Shown here piece by piece: positions 23,004 through 35,177 of a stretch of 48,497 bases of DNA; position 1 is the first letter of the stretch, and every line of letters begins with the position of its first letter. The stretch comes from Octopus bimaculoides. Lineage: Eukaryota. A program made the translations under genes and the position numbers. The notes below the pieces were generated by a model that was given only the letters and a program-made list of their open reading frames with translations, ran no database searches and was not told the DNA's origin. Location of the stretch: positions 4,336,777 through 4,385,273 of the forward strand of contig NC_068981.1 of assembly GCF_001194135.2 (NCBI RefSeq). Direction: 5' to 3'.

Positions 23004-23498
23004 ATAGAGAAACAATTCTTAACTCTTTCAATACCAACCTGCTTGAAACAGTCTCTGGTTCTGAGTACAAATGTCTTGTTTTCATAAGTTTTGAATTAAA
23101 ATCTTCCATCAAACCTTAGTCACAATTTATGTTCCTAACACTAGCTGAATGATAACTAAGTTATTTTACTAAATTCTTTGTTATATTTAAAATTAATTGA
23201 AAGAAACACAGAGCATCTCAAAATAAATACAGTAACAAAAGGGTTAAAATATGTAATAGAGAAACAATTCTTAACCCTTTCAAGACCAACCCGGCTGAAA
23301 CCAGCTCTGGTTCTGAGTACAAATGTCTTGTTTTCATAAGTTTTGAATTAAAATCTTCCACCAAACCTTAGTCACGATTTATGTTGCTAACACTAGCTAA
23401 ATGGTAACTAAGTTATTTTACTAAATTCTTTGTTATATTTAAAGTAATTGAAAGGAACAAAGAGCATCTCAAAATAAATATAGTAACGAAAGGGTTAA
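23004..23498 (-). mobile_element. Two tandem piggyBac-type MITEs (same family as 4435-5153)
   Basis: TTAA-C.CTTT...AAAGGG-TTAA units 23023-23243 and 23275-23494; degenerate relatives at 46141-46379. Confidence 0.8.
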
Positions 23499-24308
23499 AC
23501 TTGTAAAAACTAACACTTCCTTTTTCTGAACTGAGATTTGAAACCGAATCTAAGGATTCTCGCTTGTCTGATCCACCACTGGCCAAACAGGTGCGAAAGA
23601 AATTTCTTTATCCTGTCAAAAAGTGATGGATGGTTTTCTCTTTGACCTACAACTTGAGCCATGTCATTTAAGGTTCAAGTGGACAGGAGGCGACCTACAT
23701 AAGTAGAAATTACTCCCGTAGTATGTCTGTCCTGCTAGCTGTCCTGACCATTATAAATACAGCAATCCGTTAAGGTACAGCAGAGAGCCATCACCAGGTG
23801 AACTGTCAAGAGACAGCTTTGCACCAGTTAAGCAGGCAACAGAGAACCACATTATTCAACATGAATGACCCAACACAGTAGCAATCACAGAACAAACAGA
23901 CACCACTGAATGACCAACGCCCACACAGACACAAAACATGTCCGTTTCTACCTCATCATATCGACACAGTATTTACCTTGTTAATTCCTTCTTGGCCAGC
24001 TTGAAGTAAGTTGGTAATGTCATGTAGTGAGATTTTTGGTGTATACAACAAATAAATGCAAGTGTCGTTTAAATAAATCATTTAACCCGCAGTCTGATGT
24101 TTTCCCATTGTTTTACTTTGATGCCGTCCACATGCCTACCTCGTCTGCTTCTTCGACATCTTTTGTTACACCTTTCCCACTACAAACTGGTAACAAGTCT
24201 GTATTTCTACACATCACTGCTTAGCACTGTCCTCCCTGCACTTATTGAATGGTGGTTCTGTTTTATTGTTTGACTCCAAATGTTTTATTGTTTCTGCTCT
24301 GTTTACAG

Positions 24309-24516
24309 GTTTCCTATCAGTATACATTTCCTGCCTTTAGTGTCAAAGATTGTCAGCTTCAACGCATCATGCGTTGTGACAGGAAAGGCAACCCCTTTAC
24401 AGCTGAACATCAAAGGGGGAGGGTATTCTGTGAACTGTGCTGTTTTCTGTGCTGATTCAGAAGGGATTGTCATGGAACTTACTAAAACAGGCGACAATGA
24501 AATTGACTTTGGATCT
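24309..24516 (+). CDS. HYDIN: HYDIN exon 13 (phase 2-0)
   Basis: ttacag|GTTT...GGATCT|gtaaga; FPISIHFLP...LQLNIKGGGYSVN...NEIDFGS. Confidence 0.92.
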
Positions 24517-24663
24517 GTAAGATCTTCCTTTTTGTTTTTCTTTTATCCATATCTTTTAATTCTTCAGAAGGAAATCTAAAAACAAATTTGCTTGTCTTTG
24601 ACTTTAAATGAATGTCATTGCAGTTAAGCCTAATTTTATCAACTACCCTACCATATTATCAAC

Positions 24664-24694
<31 letters not shown>

Positions 24695-25145
24695 CTTGTC
24701 TCTTTCTGTGTGTGTGTCTCTCTCTCTCTTTCTCACTCCTCTCCTCGTCTCTTTTTCTCTCTTTCTCTGTGTGTGTCCATCCCTCTCTCTTTCTCCTCTC
24801 TCTCTATCTCTCTCTCTCTCTCTCTCAGAGGTGAGCACAGTGCTCCATTGAACTCTCAGATTCTAAGTTCAAATTTCTCTATGGTCAGTAAAATAAATAC
24901 CAGTCATTTACTGGGATTATCTAATTGATACAACCACACCTAATCTACAAATGTCAGCTTACAATAAACTTTACTTAAAACCCCTGTAGGCCCTATTGTA
25001 GAGTATGCTAAAGATTTACAAAAGGGTTTAACTGTGCCTTATATTCTGGGCTTCACCTCTGCAGCAGTCAGAGGCTAAAATGTTTGCAAAATCATTTTTT
25101 ATGTTTTTGTTTTTGCATTCTTCCAATTTTTTTTGTCTTTTCCAG

Positions 25146-25361
25146 GTTGAAATTAATGAAAAGTCAACAAGGACTGTGGTTATATCAAACAGTTGTAAAA
25201 TTAATTTTGAGTACAAGTGGGTCCTGAATGAGAAAGCCAGTCAGTTGCTTAAAATAACCCCTCTTTCGGGGTTTGTTAAGACTGGTTTCAAAAACGAGTC
25301 CAGGATCGATTTCTGCCCCAATAAAAAACTGTCTTTGACTGGATGTAAAGTTTACTTGAAG
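25146..25361 (+). CDS. HYDIN: HYDIN exon 14 (phase 0-0)
   Basis: ttccag|GTT...TTGAAG|gtttgt; VEINEKSTRTVVISNSCKINFEYKWVL...ITPLSGFV...LTGCKVYLK. Confidence 0.92.
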
Positions 25362-26545
25362 GTTTGTTGTATTTTGTTATTAATTCTTTAAAATGGATTC
25401 TATTCACACTCTGACCTTTCACCAGGCAAACAGTCATTTCTCTTGGTTCCATTCCCTCTCTCAACTAAGAGGTCTTTGTTTTGCAAGCTGCTTGGCGACC
25501 CCACTGGTGCTGGTGTCACGTAAAAAGCACCCAGTATACTCTGTTAAGTGGTTGGCATTAGGGAGGGCATCCTGCTGTAGAAACCATGCCAAAACAGACA
25601 AAAGGAACCTGGTGTAGCTCTCCAGTTTGCCAGCTCTTGTCAAGCTGTCTAACCCATGCCAGCATGGAAAACGATGAAGACAATGACGATGATGATGATA
25701 ATATTCAACCATTATCATTCATTATCATTAATTAACATCTGATTAACATCAGATATTCCTTGTTTGTTGTCGGTCAGCTGGGTTTGCTGTTCAATATCAC
25801 CATTGGACATTCCTTGTAAGTCTTTCATCATTTCCTGTGTGAGGCCAGCATCATGAGATCTAACCTAACCACAGTTTGTGGAGTCCCATATTCATATAGG
25901 TGCATTATAGGTGTTGGCATGGCTGTATGGTGATAAGTTTGCTTACCAACCACATGGTTCTGAGTTCAGTCCCGCTGCATGGCACCTTGGGCAAGTGTCT
26001 TCTACTATAGCCTCGGGCCGACCAAGGCCTTTTGAGTGGATTTGGTAGACAGAAACTGGAAGAAGCCTGTTGTGTATATATGTGTATGTGTGTGTCTTTG
26101 TGTCTGTTTGTCCTCCACCATTTCTTGACAACTGGTATTGATGTGTTTACATCCTTGTAACTCAGCAGTTCAGCAAAAGAGAATGATAGAATAAGAGTTA
26201 GCTTAAAAAAAGAATAAATAGCAGGGTTAATTCGTTCAACTAAAGTTTTTCAAACAGTGCCCCAGCATGAGCACAGTCTAGTGACTGGCACAAATAAAAG
26301 ATGAAATACATATCATGTATTTATGTAGGTAGGTAGGTAGGTAGGGTAGCTGTGTGGTAAGAAACTTGCTTTCTAACCACATGGTTCTGGGTTCAGTCCC
26401 ACTGTGTACCACCTTAGGTAAGTGTCTTCTACTGTAGTCTCGGGCCAACCAAAGCCTTGTGAATGGATTTGATAGACAGAAACTGAAAGAAGCCCGTTGT
26501 GTGTATATATATATATATNNNNNNNNNNAACTGAAAGAAGCCCGT

Positions 26546-26586
<41 letters not shown>

Positions 26587-27113
26587 ATGTATGTATGTAT
26601 GTATATATTTGTGTCTGTGTTTGATCCCCTCCCCCACCATCACTTGACAATCGATGTTGGTGTGTTTACATCCCTGTAACTTAGCAGTTCAGCAAAAGAT
26701 TCCAATAGAATAAGTACTAGGTTTATAAAAGAATAAGTCTTGGGGTCGATTTGTTCGATTTGTTTGACTAAAGGCGGTGCTCCAGCATGGCCACAGTCAA
26801 GTGACTGAAACAAGTAAAAGAGTAAAAGAACATGCAAATGAAAGTGTGTTGTCTGCGTTGAACATCTTCTGGACGTTGAATCCGTTTTATATGCTGTACA
26901 TGTTGTGTATGCAAGGCTGCATGGCAACCTCACTATGGTAAAAAGGTATCCAGTCCATTCTTGGAGGTGGTTGGCATTAGGAAGGACATTCAACCATAAA
27001 AAAACCCAAGACAATGTAGACAGTGGAGCTTGGCAAGGTGTTTGGACTGGTTGGATCTTGTTGAACCATCTTAACCCATGCCATCATAGAACATTGAATG
27101 ATGATAATCTTAG

Positions 27114-27647
27114 ACAATTCTATATTTAAGAGATGAGGAATTATGTACATTATTTACATTATTTACATTTGATGGATATTTGTCCTCATCTTATTTGTTG
27201 TTAACACAACGTTTTAGCTTTCATCAGGTATCTTGGAGAAATTTCAAACCTGGGTTCTCATTCCTAAGGTATTTTTCATCGTTGTTATTGTTGTTGCTGT
27301 TGTTGTTGTTGTTATGTCACTGCCTGGAATCGAACTCGGAATCTTGGGGTTAGTACCCCGTACTCTTAACCACTACACCATATGCAGCTCTTGTAATGTG
27401 AACATTATCAGTTACATATGGCGTAGTGGTTAAGAGCACAGGCTACTAACCCCAAGATTCCGAGTTCGATTCCAGCCAGTGACCTGAATAATAATAATAA
27501 TAATAATAACGTTGAAAAATGCCTTAGGAATGAGAACCCAGGTTTGAAATTTCCCCAAGACACCTGATGATGGCTGGAGGGTATATCAGCCAAAATGTTG
27601 TGCCAACAACAAACAAGATGAGGTCAAATGTAAATAATGTAGATAAT
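27114..27647. mobile_element. Head-to-head inverted pair of family C elements
   Basis: Minus copy 27114-27385, 29-bp spacer, plus copy 27415-27647; both hammerheads decayed. Confidence 0.85.
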
Positions 27648-29173
27648 CTTAGTGTTAACAACATCAACCGTATTATGAATTTCTAAGACAGGAAGAAGTC
27701 CTCATAGTCCTCATATTGAAGAGTGGTGGGGTGGGGGTAGTAATTGAATGGATTGAACCTATGACCTGGTTGTTTCAAATTTTGTTGATCTCAGTATGAA
27801 TTGAACTCATAGAAGCAGACCAAATGTTTGCGGGTTGGAATCTATGGAGTCTGAAGAATATCTCATATTAAGGCAAGACTAACACCTCAGACGTAGGGAA
27901 ACACTCCTAGATTGAAGATGCTCTCACTCAGCGAGAATAAAACCCAGGCAAACCAAATATGGCATACATCTATCAAAAAACATAATATTCAAATTTCCAC
28001 ATTATCTATTCATGACCTAATTATAAATTCAAAATGACTGACCAAGGCAAACATACCTTTCTCTTAGTTTCTACCAAACTATCAAAGATAATGTGCTCTA
28101 ACTTGGAATACCAACAAATTGGGGTGCAGGCTAGATGCTGAGTCAAAGACATTGATGAAGTTGGCCTAGATTTCGTTGTGGGGTTGTTCATAGCCATTTG
28201 CGGCAGTTCAAGGGTTTTTGACCCCTGGGTAGTAGAATTTGAGTGTCTCTAGAAGATGAACAAATGAAGAGTATCTAATCACACTAGAACATCATCTAGT
28301 AATACACATGCAAACTTTCAGCCTATTACATCAATTATTCTCGGAGACCTAAAGATTGCTACTCATAGTCAGAAATGTAATTTTGAGAAAAATGCAAGAA
28401 AATGCTGGAAATGGTTGATTTTACAACAATGCCCTACTACACAAGGATAATATCCACATTTTAATGAAATATTTGCAGTTTTGCACAGTCTAATAATGTC
28501 CAGAGCCATATCCTTTGCTATTTTTCTGAGATTTTGCTATCTAAAATCTGAGGTATTAGTCTTGCCCTAAATTACAAATTAAACGCAGCTTTTGTAATGT
28601 GAATGCTATCAGTTGCACCTTGGCAGAGTTTATGCATTTTGATTAGGAACCTTCAATCATTGGGCAATAAACTGTACTTGTGAAGACCTGTTGAGTCAAG
28701 TGAAGTTGTTGTCGTGGCCGATGACAGTGCTGCCTGACTGGTCCCGTGCCGGTGGCATGTAAAAAGCACCATTCGAGCGTGATAGTTGCCAGTGCCTCCT
28801 GACTGGCCCTCGTGCTGGTGGCATGTAAAAGCACCCATTACACTCTCAGAGTGGTTGGTGTTAGGAAGGGCATCCAGCCGTAGTAGAAACTCTGCCAGAT
28901 CAGATTGGAGCCCGGTGCAGCCTTCTGGCTTGCCAGCCCTCAGTCAAACTGAGTCAACCCATGCCAGCATGGAAAGCAGAAGTTAAACGACGACGATGAT
29001 GATGATGATGATACCAAATTGGGAAGCTTTCTCCAGATGCTATCTCACAACAGATTTGGTGTATATTATAAAACACACACTCACTATTATGTGTGCAGCT
29101 GAGAATATCTTGTATATTTTATTGTAGAATATATCTTTCACCTGTCATTTCCTAACTTCATTATTCTCTTCAG

Positions 29174-29343
29174 ATCTCCAATGGACCAACTTACAACATC
29201 TTCATAACTGGTGACGCTGGTTTTCCAAACCTTGAGTTCTCGTTTTTAACATACAACTTTGGTAACACCTTCATTCACAAGGCAGGTATGGAACAGAAGA
29301 TTGCTGTGCTTCAAGTTCGAAATAACGACAAAAAGGATATTAG
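29174..29343 (+). CDS. HYDIN: HYDIN exon 15 (phase 0-2)
   Basis: cttcag|ATC...ATTAG|gtgaga; ISNGPTYNIFITGDAGFPNLEFSFLTYNFGNTFIHKAGM...VRNNDKKDI; absent from the ORF track. Confidence 0.93.
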
Positions 29344-30777
29344 GTGAGATGTTAGAAACAGTGTGAACATTATTTTCTCTTTTTAACTCGTATAAAGTCA
29401 TTTTATTGTCTTTTGTTAGTTTTTTCATATGGGGTAGGCAGTGGTGGGAGATCCTGCGCTTGACTAGTGTCAACACTATATATTCTTACCAGCTGTCTCT
29501 ATCAGTAAGAATATGGTACCTGCTCACTCTCTTTTATCTCACACCATTTTTTTGCCTGTAAATTCTGCTTAACCATTTCCCTACCAATACTTGATGATGA
29601 TAAGAATCTCTCACAGTCCAAGAACGATGGTTTTGCGATTTCCTGCTGAGCAAACTGTACAAATGATTTGTTTATAAGAGATCAAGTGTTTGTGTTGTGC
29701 TGGAGAAGACCTGTGAAGCCAAGGGAAACCATAGTTGTGATCGCTGCCAGTGTCATGTAAATGGCACCCATGCCGGTGGCATTTAAAAAGCACCCATTAA
29801 CCTCTCAGAGTGGTTGGCATGTTAGGAAGGGCGTCCAGCCATAGAAACCATACCGAATCAGACTAGTACCTGGTGCAGCTCCCCAGCTTGCCAGCTACAG
29901 TCAAACCGTCCAACCCATGCCAGCATGGAAAGCAGGCGCTAAATGATGATGATGATTAGTTCATTCCTTCCCTCGAATCGACACGGCTTGAAGAGGTGCA
30001 CAGATTATCACTCATCGGAACAACATGAGATGAAGTATTTTGCTGAGGAATTGAAACCACAATCTTGCAATTAGGGTTAACCACTAAGCCATGCACTCTT
30101 GACAAGCTTTTAATTAACGATTCGTATTAAGACGTATGGCCCAGCCAATGGGGAGCATCGTATGAAAGCTACAACAACACTTTATGTATTACCAACCCTG
30201 CCCTCCTCCTCCTCTTCCCTGGTCCATCCCCCCTCCTACCAAACCCTCCTACCTCTATACACGTCCATCATTCACTGCCTTCATTTCTATCATTTTCCTT
30301 TTTCGCTCCTTTCACATTCTCCTCAACTCGTCCACCCACCATGCCATCCTAGATTCTCTCCCTTGGTTCCCTCTCCTTCTTCCACCTTCTTGTTCCTTGA
30401 CAGTTTGCCTTGTCACCTCATCTCCACTCTCCTTTCTCCCTTTCTGGGGTGACCATGTGTCCCCTCTACACCAAGACATGCATCCTTGTCCCTCTTTTCT
30501 AATTTAGCCTCTTTATACCCAGTGCAAAGCCACCTCCCTCAATACTACACCCTCCCCCCACTCTCTCATGGTATCTTTTCTTGCAAGTTATTTGGTGACC
30601 TCACTGGTGCCAGTGCCATGGAAGAAGCACACAGAACACTCTGTGAAGTGTTTGGCATTAGGAAAGGCATCCAGCTGGAGAAACCAGGCCAAAGACACTG
30701 GAGCATGATACAATTCTCCAACTCATCGAATCCTGTTGAATCATCCAAACCATGGCAGCATTGAAAACAGAAGTTAA

Positions 30778-30816
<39 letters not shown>

Positions 30817-31270
30817 GCTATGTGTTTGTATAAGTGTGTATATATTTTGTGTGTTGTGTGTTGGTTAACATTTGTGTGTGTTTTTAAATTACTGACCTAC
30901 AAGTGGTGATGTTGTTATCATTTCCCCCATCAATAAGTTATCCATTGATTTTGTATTTTAAAAAACACGTAAAATAAAAGATCCTTCATCCGAAAAACAG
31001 GTAAAAGTTATCAGCAGGAATGGCATCTGTCTATAAAACAAGGCTTCGATAATCATCTGATCCATGCTGGCATGGAAAGATGGATGTAAAAGTGAATGAA
31101 TTATAATTTGTGAATAAAAATGGGAATTTTCATGTTTTTTAATCTGAGAAAGAAATAATCCTGCCTTGAATGGCATAATCCCCCCCCCCCTGCAACCAAA
31201 TCTATTTTTATTTTACAAATTTTAACAGTTTTTTTTTTTAACTTACCATTTTCCTTTTTTTGCATTTTAG

Positions 31271-31469
31271 TTTGGATTGTCTTTACACTCCAACCAAACA
31301 GTTAATGTATGAATTTAAAGCCACCAAGATTGAACCAAAGAAAAGTGTTACAATCTCCTTTTCATTTTATCCAAGAAAACCTATGAAATATACCGAAAGT
31401 GTTCCATTCTTAATAAATGGTCTTTCAACTCAAAATGTTACTTTCATTGGTCGAGGTATTGAAATGCAG
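31271..31469 (+). CDS. HYDIN: HYDIN exon 16 (phase 2-0)
   Basis: ttttag|TTTG...ATGCAG|gtaaaa; LDCLYTPT...FSFYPRKPMKYTESVPFLINGLSTQNVTFIGRGIEMQ. Confidence 0.93.
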
Positions 31470-32259
31470 GTAAAATACCCGCTAGATATTTTTGTGTCTT
31501 TTTTTTTTCTTTCTTTTTCATAGAATATTTAATTAAAATTCAAGTTTTGATATTTCATTTTAGCTTTTTGGTGCTGAATCTAGAAGAATGCAGTAGTTTA
31601 AGGCTAAAACTCAGTATTCTTCAGTTAACTCTTCTTTCTTCTTCAGATGCCATGTCCGGAATGTAGGACATAGGCAGTCATGTTCTGCCACAATTCTCTG
31701 TTCTTTGTTTTCTGTAACAGCTCCTATCTCTGTTGTTAAAATCCCTCTTTCTTCCAACCAGTCCACCAGGCTTGACATCTATATCACCTGTCTTCTTCTT
31801 CTGCTTCCCTTCAATCTTTCTTGCCATCACTAAATTCTGAAGGCCCTTTCCAGCCAAATATTACTGCAATAACTAATAATCGTCAAACACACAACTCCTA
31901 TCAATATAATCTCACTGAATTTTTATTAATCTTTAACAAATTCGTTAAGTATTTTCATTAAATGTCTTTAAATATTTAAAAGTGGTAATGACACAAAAGA
32001 ACAAATGAATTATTGTTTATAAAGCAGGAAATTTTTTTCATGAATTATACTTTTTAATTTTATTTTAGAAATGTATCAGATGAGGCGGGGGTTGAAAAGT
32101 TATAATTCCATGAAGGGACCAAACAATGTAAGAAGCTTGTTAACCCCCAATGTTAATTCAGGAATCTTTTAGAGTCTTTTACTTGTTTCAGTTATTAGAT
32201 TGTGGCCATACTGGGGCACTGCCTTGTTTAACTTTTGTTTATTTTTCTCTCTGTTTAAG

Positions 32260-32442
32260 GTCGAAGTAGCAGATAATAGGAAAATTGTGAGACTTGATTC
32301 TCATGAAGTAGGCAGTGTCATTAAAAGGATTGTTCCAATTGTTAACCGAACTCCAGCTTCCGTTACATTCAGTATTGTTTGTACTCCAAATTGTACTCAA
32401 CTCAAAGAAAGTGGAGTACTGACCATTTTCCCAGCATCTTCC
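32260..32442 (+). CDS. HYDIN: HYDIN exon 17, 3' end lost in N-gap 32443-33290
   Basis: tttaag|GTC...; VEVADNRKIVRLDSHEVGSVIKRIVPIVNRTPASVTF...GVLTIFPAS; frame open up to the gap, no donor seen. Confidence 0.88.
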
Positions 32443-33742
32443 NNNNNNNNNNNNNNNNNNNNNNNNNNNNNNNNNNNNNNNNNNNNNNNNNNNNNNNNNN
32501 NNNNNNNNNNNNNNNNNNNNNNNNNNNNNNNNNNNNNNNNNNNNNNNNNNNNNNNNNNNNNNNNNNNNNNNNNNNNNNNNNNNNNNNNNNNNNNNNNNNN
32601 NNNNNNNNNNNNNNNNNNNNNNNNNNNNNNNNNNNNNNNNNNNNNNNNNNNNNNNNNNNNNNNNNNNNNNNNNNNNNNNNNNNNNNNNNNNNNNNNNNNN
32701 NNNNNNNNNNNNNNNNNNNNNNNNNNNNNNNNNNNNNNNNNNNNNNNNNNNNNNNNNNNNNNNNNNNNNNNNNNNNNNNNNNNNNNNNNNNNNNNNNNNN
32801 NNNNNNNNNNNNNNNNNNNNNNNNNNNNNNNNNNNNNNNNNNNNNNNNNNNNNNNNNNNNNNNNNNNNNNNNNNNNNNNNNNNNNNNNNNNNNNNNNNNN
32901 NNNNNNNNNNNNNNNNNNNNNNNNNNNNNNNNNNNNNNNNNNNNNNNNNNNNNNNNNNNNNNNNNNNNNNNNNNNNNNNNNNNNNNNNNNNNNNNNNNNN
33001 NNNNNNNNNNNNNNNNNNNNNNNNNNNNNNNNNNNNNNNNNNNNNNNNNNNNNNNNNNNNNNNNNNNNNNNNNNNNNNNNNNNNNNNNNNNNNNNNNNNN
33101 NNNNNNNNNNNNNNNNNNNNNNNNNNNNNNNNNNNNNNNNNNNNNNNNNNNNNNNNNNNNNNNNNNNNNNNNNNNNNNNNNNNNNNNNNNNNNNNNNNNN
33201 NNNNNNNNNNNNNNNNNNNNNNNNNNNNNNNNNNNNNNNNNNNNNNNNNNNNNNNNNNNNNNNNNNNNNNNNNNNNNNNNNNNNNNNNNTATATATGTGT
33301 GTATATTTGTATATATATATATGAGGACACATGGCCTAGTGGTCAGGGTGTTGGGCTCATGATTGCAAGATCGTGGTTTCAATTCCTAGACCAGATGGTG
33401 CATTGTGTTCTTGAGCAAAATACTTCATCTCACACCTTTCTGCAATCACTTCAACACCTGATGCATGGTACACAGTGCACCTGTTCAGGCATCGTCAATT
33501 TAATCACTATAAACAATTTATTTGTGCAGGTCATTCAGCAAAAATATGGAATGCTCTTATGTCGTCTTAGACAGGAGAATCCATCATCATCACCGTATAT
33601 GTATATGTATATATTTACTGTAGTTGTTTGTTATGGCCAATCAGAAAGTTACTATTCCGGGCAAGATAGAATTATCTTCTTTTGATCATTTCTAGTTGTG
33701 TTTGAAATGTGACAGTTTATGTACGATCTCCATTCGTTAGTC

Positions 33743-33845
33743 ATATTCTGAATTTCTTTGACTGAGGAAGGTTTACGTAATGGATACATTTGCTATTATA
33801 TGTTGTGCAGACCCGAAACATATGTATTAAATGATTTCAGATTAT
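33743..33845 (+). ncRNA. Type I hammerhead-like motif with long stem II
   Basis: UUUGA-CUGAGGA-A-GGUUU...AGACC-C-GAAA-CAUAUG-U-A-UUAAA; palindrome ACAUAUGU; GUA triplet; stem I extends via CUGAA/UUCAG. Confidence 0.55.
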
Positions 33846-34534
33846 CACTACTTGGTTTCACTTCATTATTACAACTCATACAACTCAATGCCAGTACAAA
33901 CAAATCAGTCCAGACTCCACTTATGAAGATACTTGAGATACTCAAGTCAAAAATTCCAGTACTGTGCACCACTTCTTAACATAACAGGAAATATAGATGT
34001 ATTTAAACTCCAAAAAAGAGATATTTAGTAAGTGCCCCCATAAGAAATTCATGTTGAAAACATGAAATTCCCCATTTGCTAACTAGGGAAATGTTGCCAG
34101 CATCAGCCCTCTTCAGCATAACTGGAGCTGATCTAAGGGGAATAACTCCGCCTCAGCCAGTCTTTTACTGGTAGAGTTTTATTCTGGAATTTTTTCATTT
34201 ACCAAATTAACTGATCATGACATTTTCCTGCCTTCACTAGTAGAGGTTTATGTGCTTTCAGCCATCTGAATCTGATGAGTCACCTATACAGCTCAGAGCT
34301 TTATATGTCCGGAAACAATCGTCCCTCTCTGACCAGCCGTATAACATTCTAAGTATATATATATATATATATATATATAAAGTGTAGTATATTGACACTT
34401 AAGTGTGGTTGACCCCTAGGGGTGGATGTTACTGTTAATACTTCATTTAGAGAATTAACATTGCTTGTTTTCACCTTCTCGATATCAGTGAAGAATTTCA
34501 CTGGAAAAGTAGATATAAGATTGCCAGGATTTTG

Positions 34535-34629
34535 TCTCTCTCACCAAGGTCAGTGGCTATCGAACGCCGACGAAGGGAAATAACCCTGAAATCCGGATCC
34601 GTTCGTGCTACAGATCATGGTGAGAGGGA
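34535..34629 (+). ncRNA. Type I hammerhead variant (U4C) with about 27-bp extended stem I
   Basis: CGAACG-CCGACGA-AGGG(AAAUAA)CCCU-GAAA-UCCGGA-U-C-CGUUCG, enclosed by GUGGC/GCUAC, GGUC/GAUC and UCUCUCUCACCA/UGGUGAGAGGGA helices. Confidence 0.7.
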
Positions 34630-35095
34630 TAACTTCCCTTGGNNNNNNNNNNNNNNNNNNNNNNNNNNNNNNNNNNNNNNNNNNNNNNNNNNNNNNNNNN
34701 NNNNNNNNNNNNNNNNNNNNNNNNNNNNNNNNNNNNNNNNNNNNNNNNNNNNNNNNNNNNNNNNNNNNNNNNNNNNNNNNNNNNNNNNNNNNNNNNNNNN
34801 NNNNNNNNNNNNNNNNNNNNNNNNNNNNNNNNNNNNNNNNNNNNNNNNNNNNNNNNNNNNNNNNNNNNNNNNNNNNNNNNNNNNNNNNNNNNNNNNNNNN
34901 NNNNNNNNNNNNNNNNNNNNNNNNNNNNNNNNNNNNNNNNNNNNNNNNNNNNNNNNNNNNNNNNNNNNNNNNNNNNNNNNNNNNNNNNNNNNNNNNNNNN
35001 NNNNNNNNNNNNNNNNNNNNNNNNNNNNNNNNNNNNNNNNNNNNNNNNNNNNNNNNNNNNNNNNNNNNNNNNNNNNNNNNNNNNNNNNNNNNNNN

Positions 35096-35136
<41 letters not shown>

Positions 35137-35177
35137 GCAGACACATGTATGTATGTGTGTGTATGTATATCTTGTTG

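Noticed and set aside
23502-24195. Possible second solo LTR (TATAAATA near 23752, AATAAA near 24051)
   Set aside because: No convincing TSD at any TG...CA boundary I tried; left unclassified.
26481-26580. Direct duplication of AACTGAAAGAAGCCCGTTGTGTG(TA)n
   Set aside because: It flanks a 10-N gap and is most likely an unmerged contig overlap.
27415-27485. Possible tRNA gene (also family A and F heads)
   Set aside because: A and B boxes are present but there is no complete acceptor stem, and it runs into repeat body; these are SINE heads.
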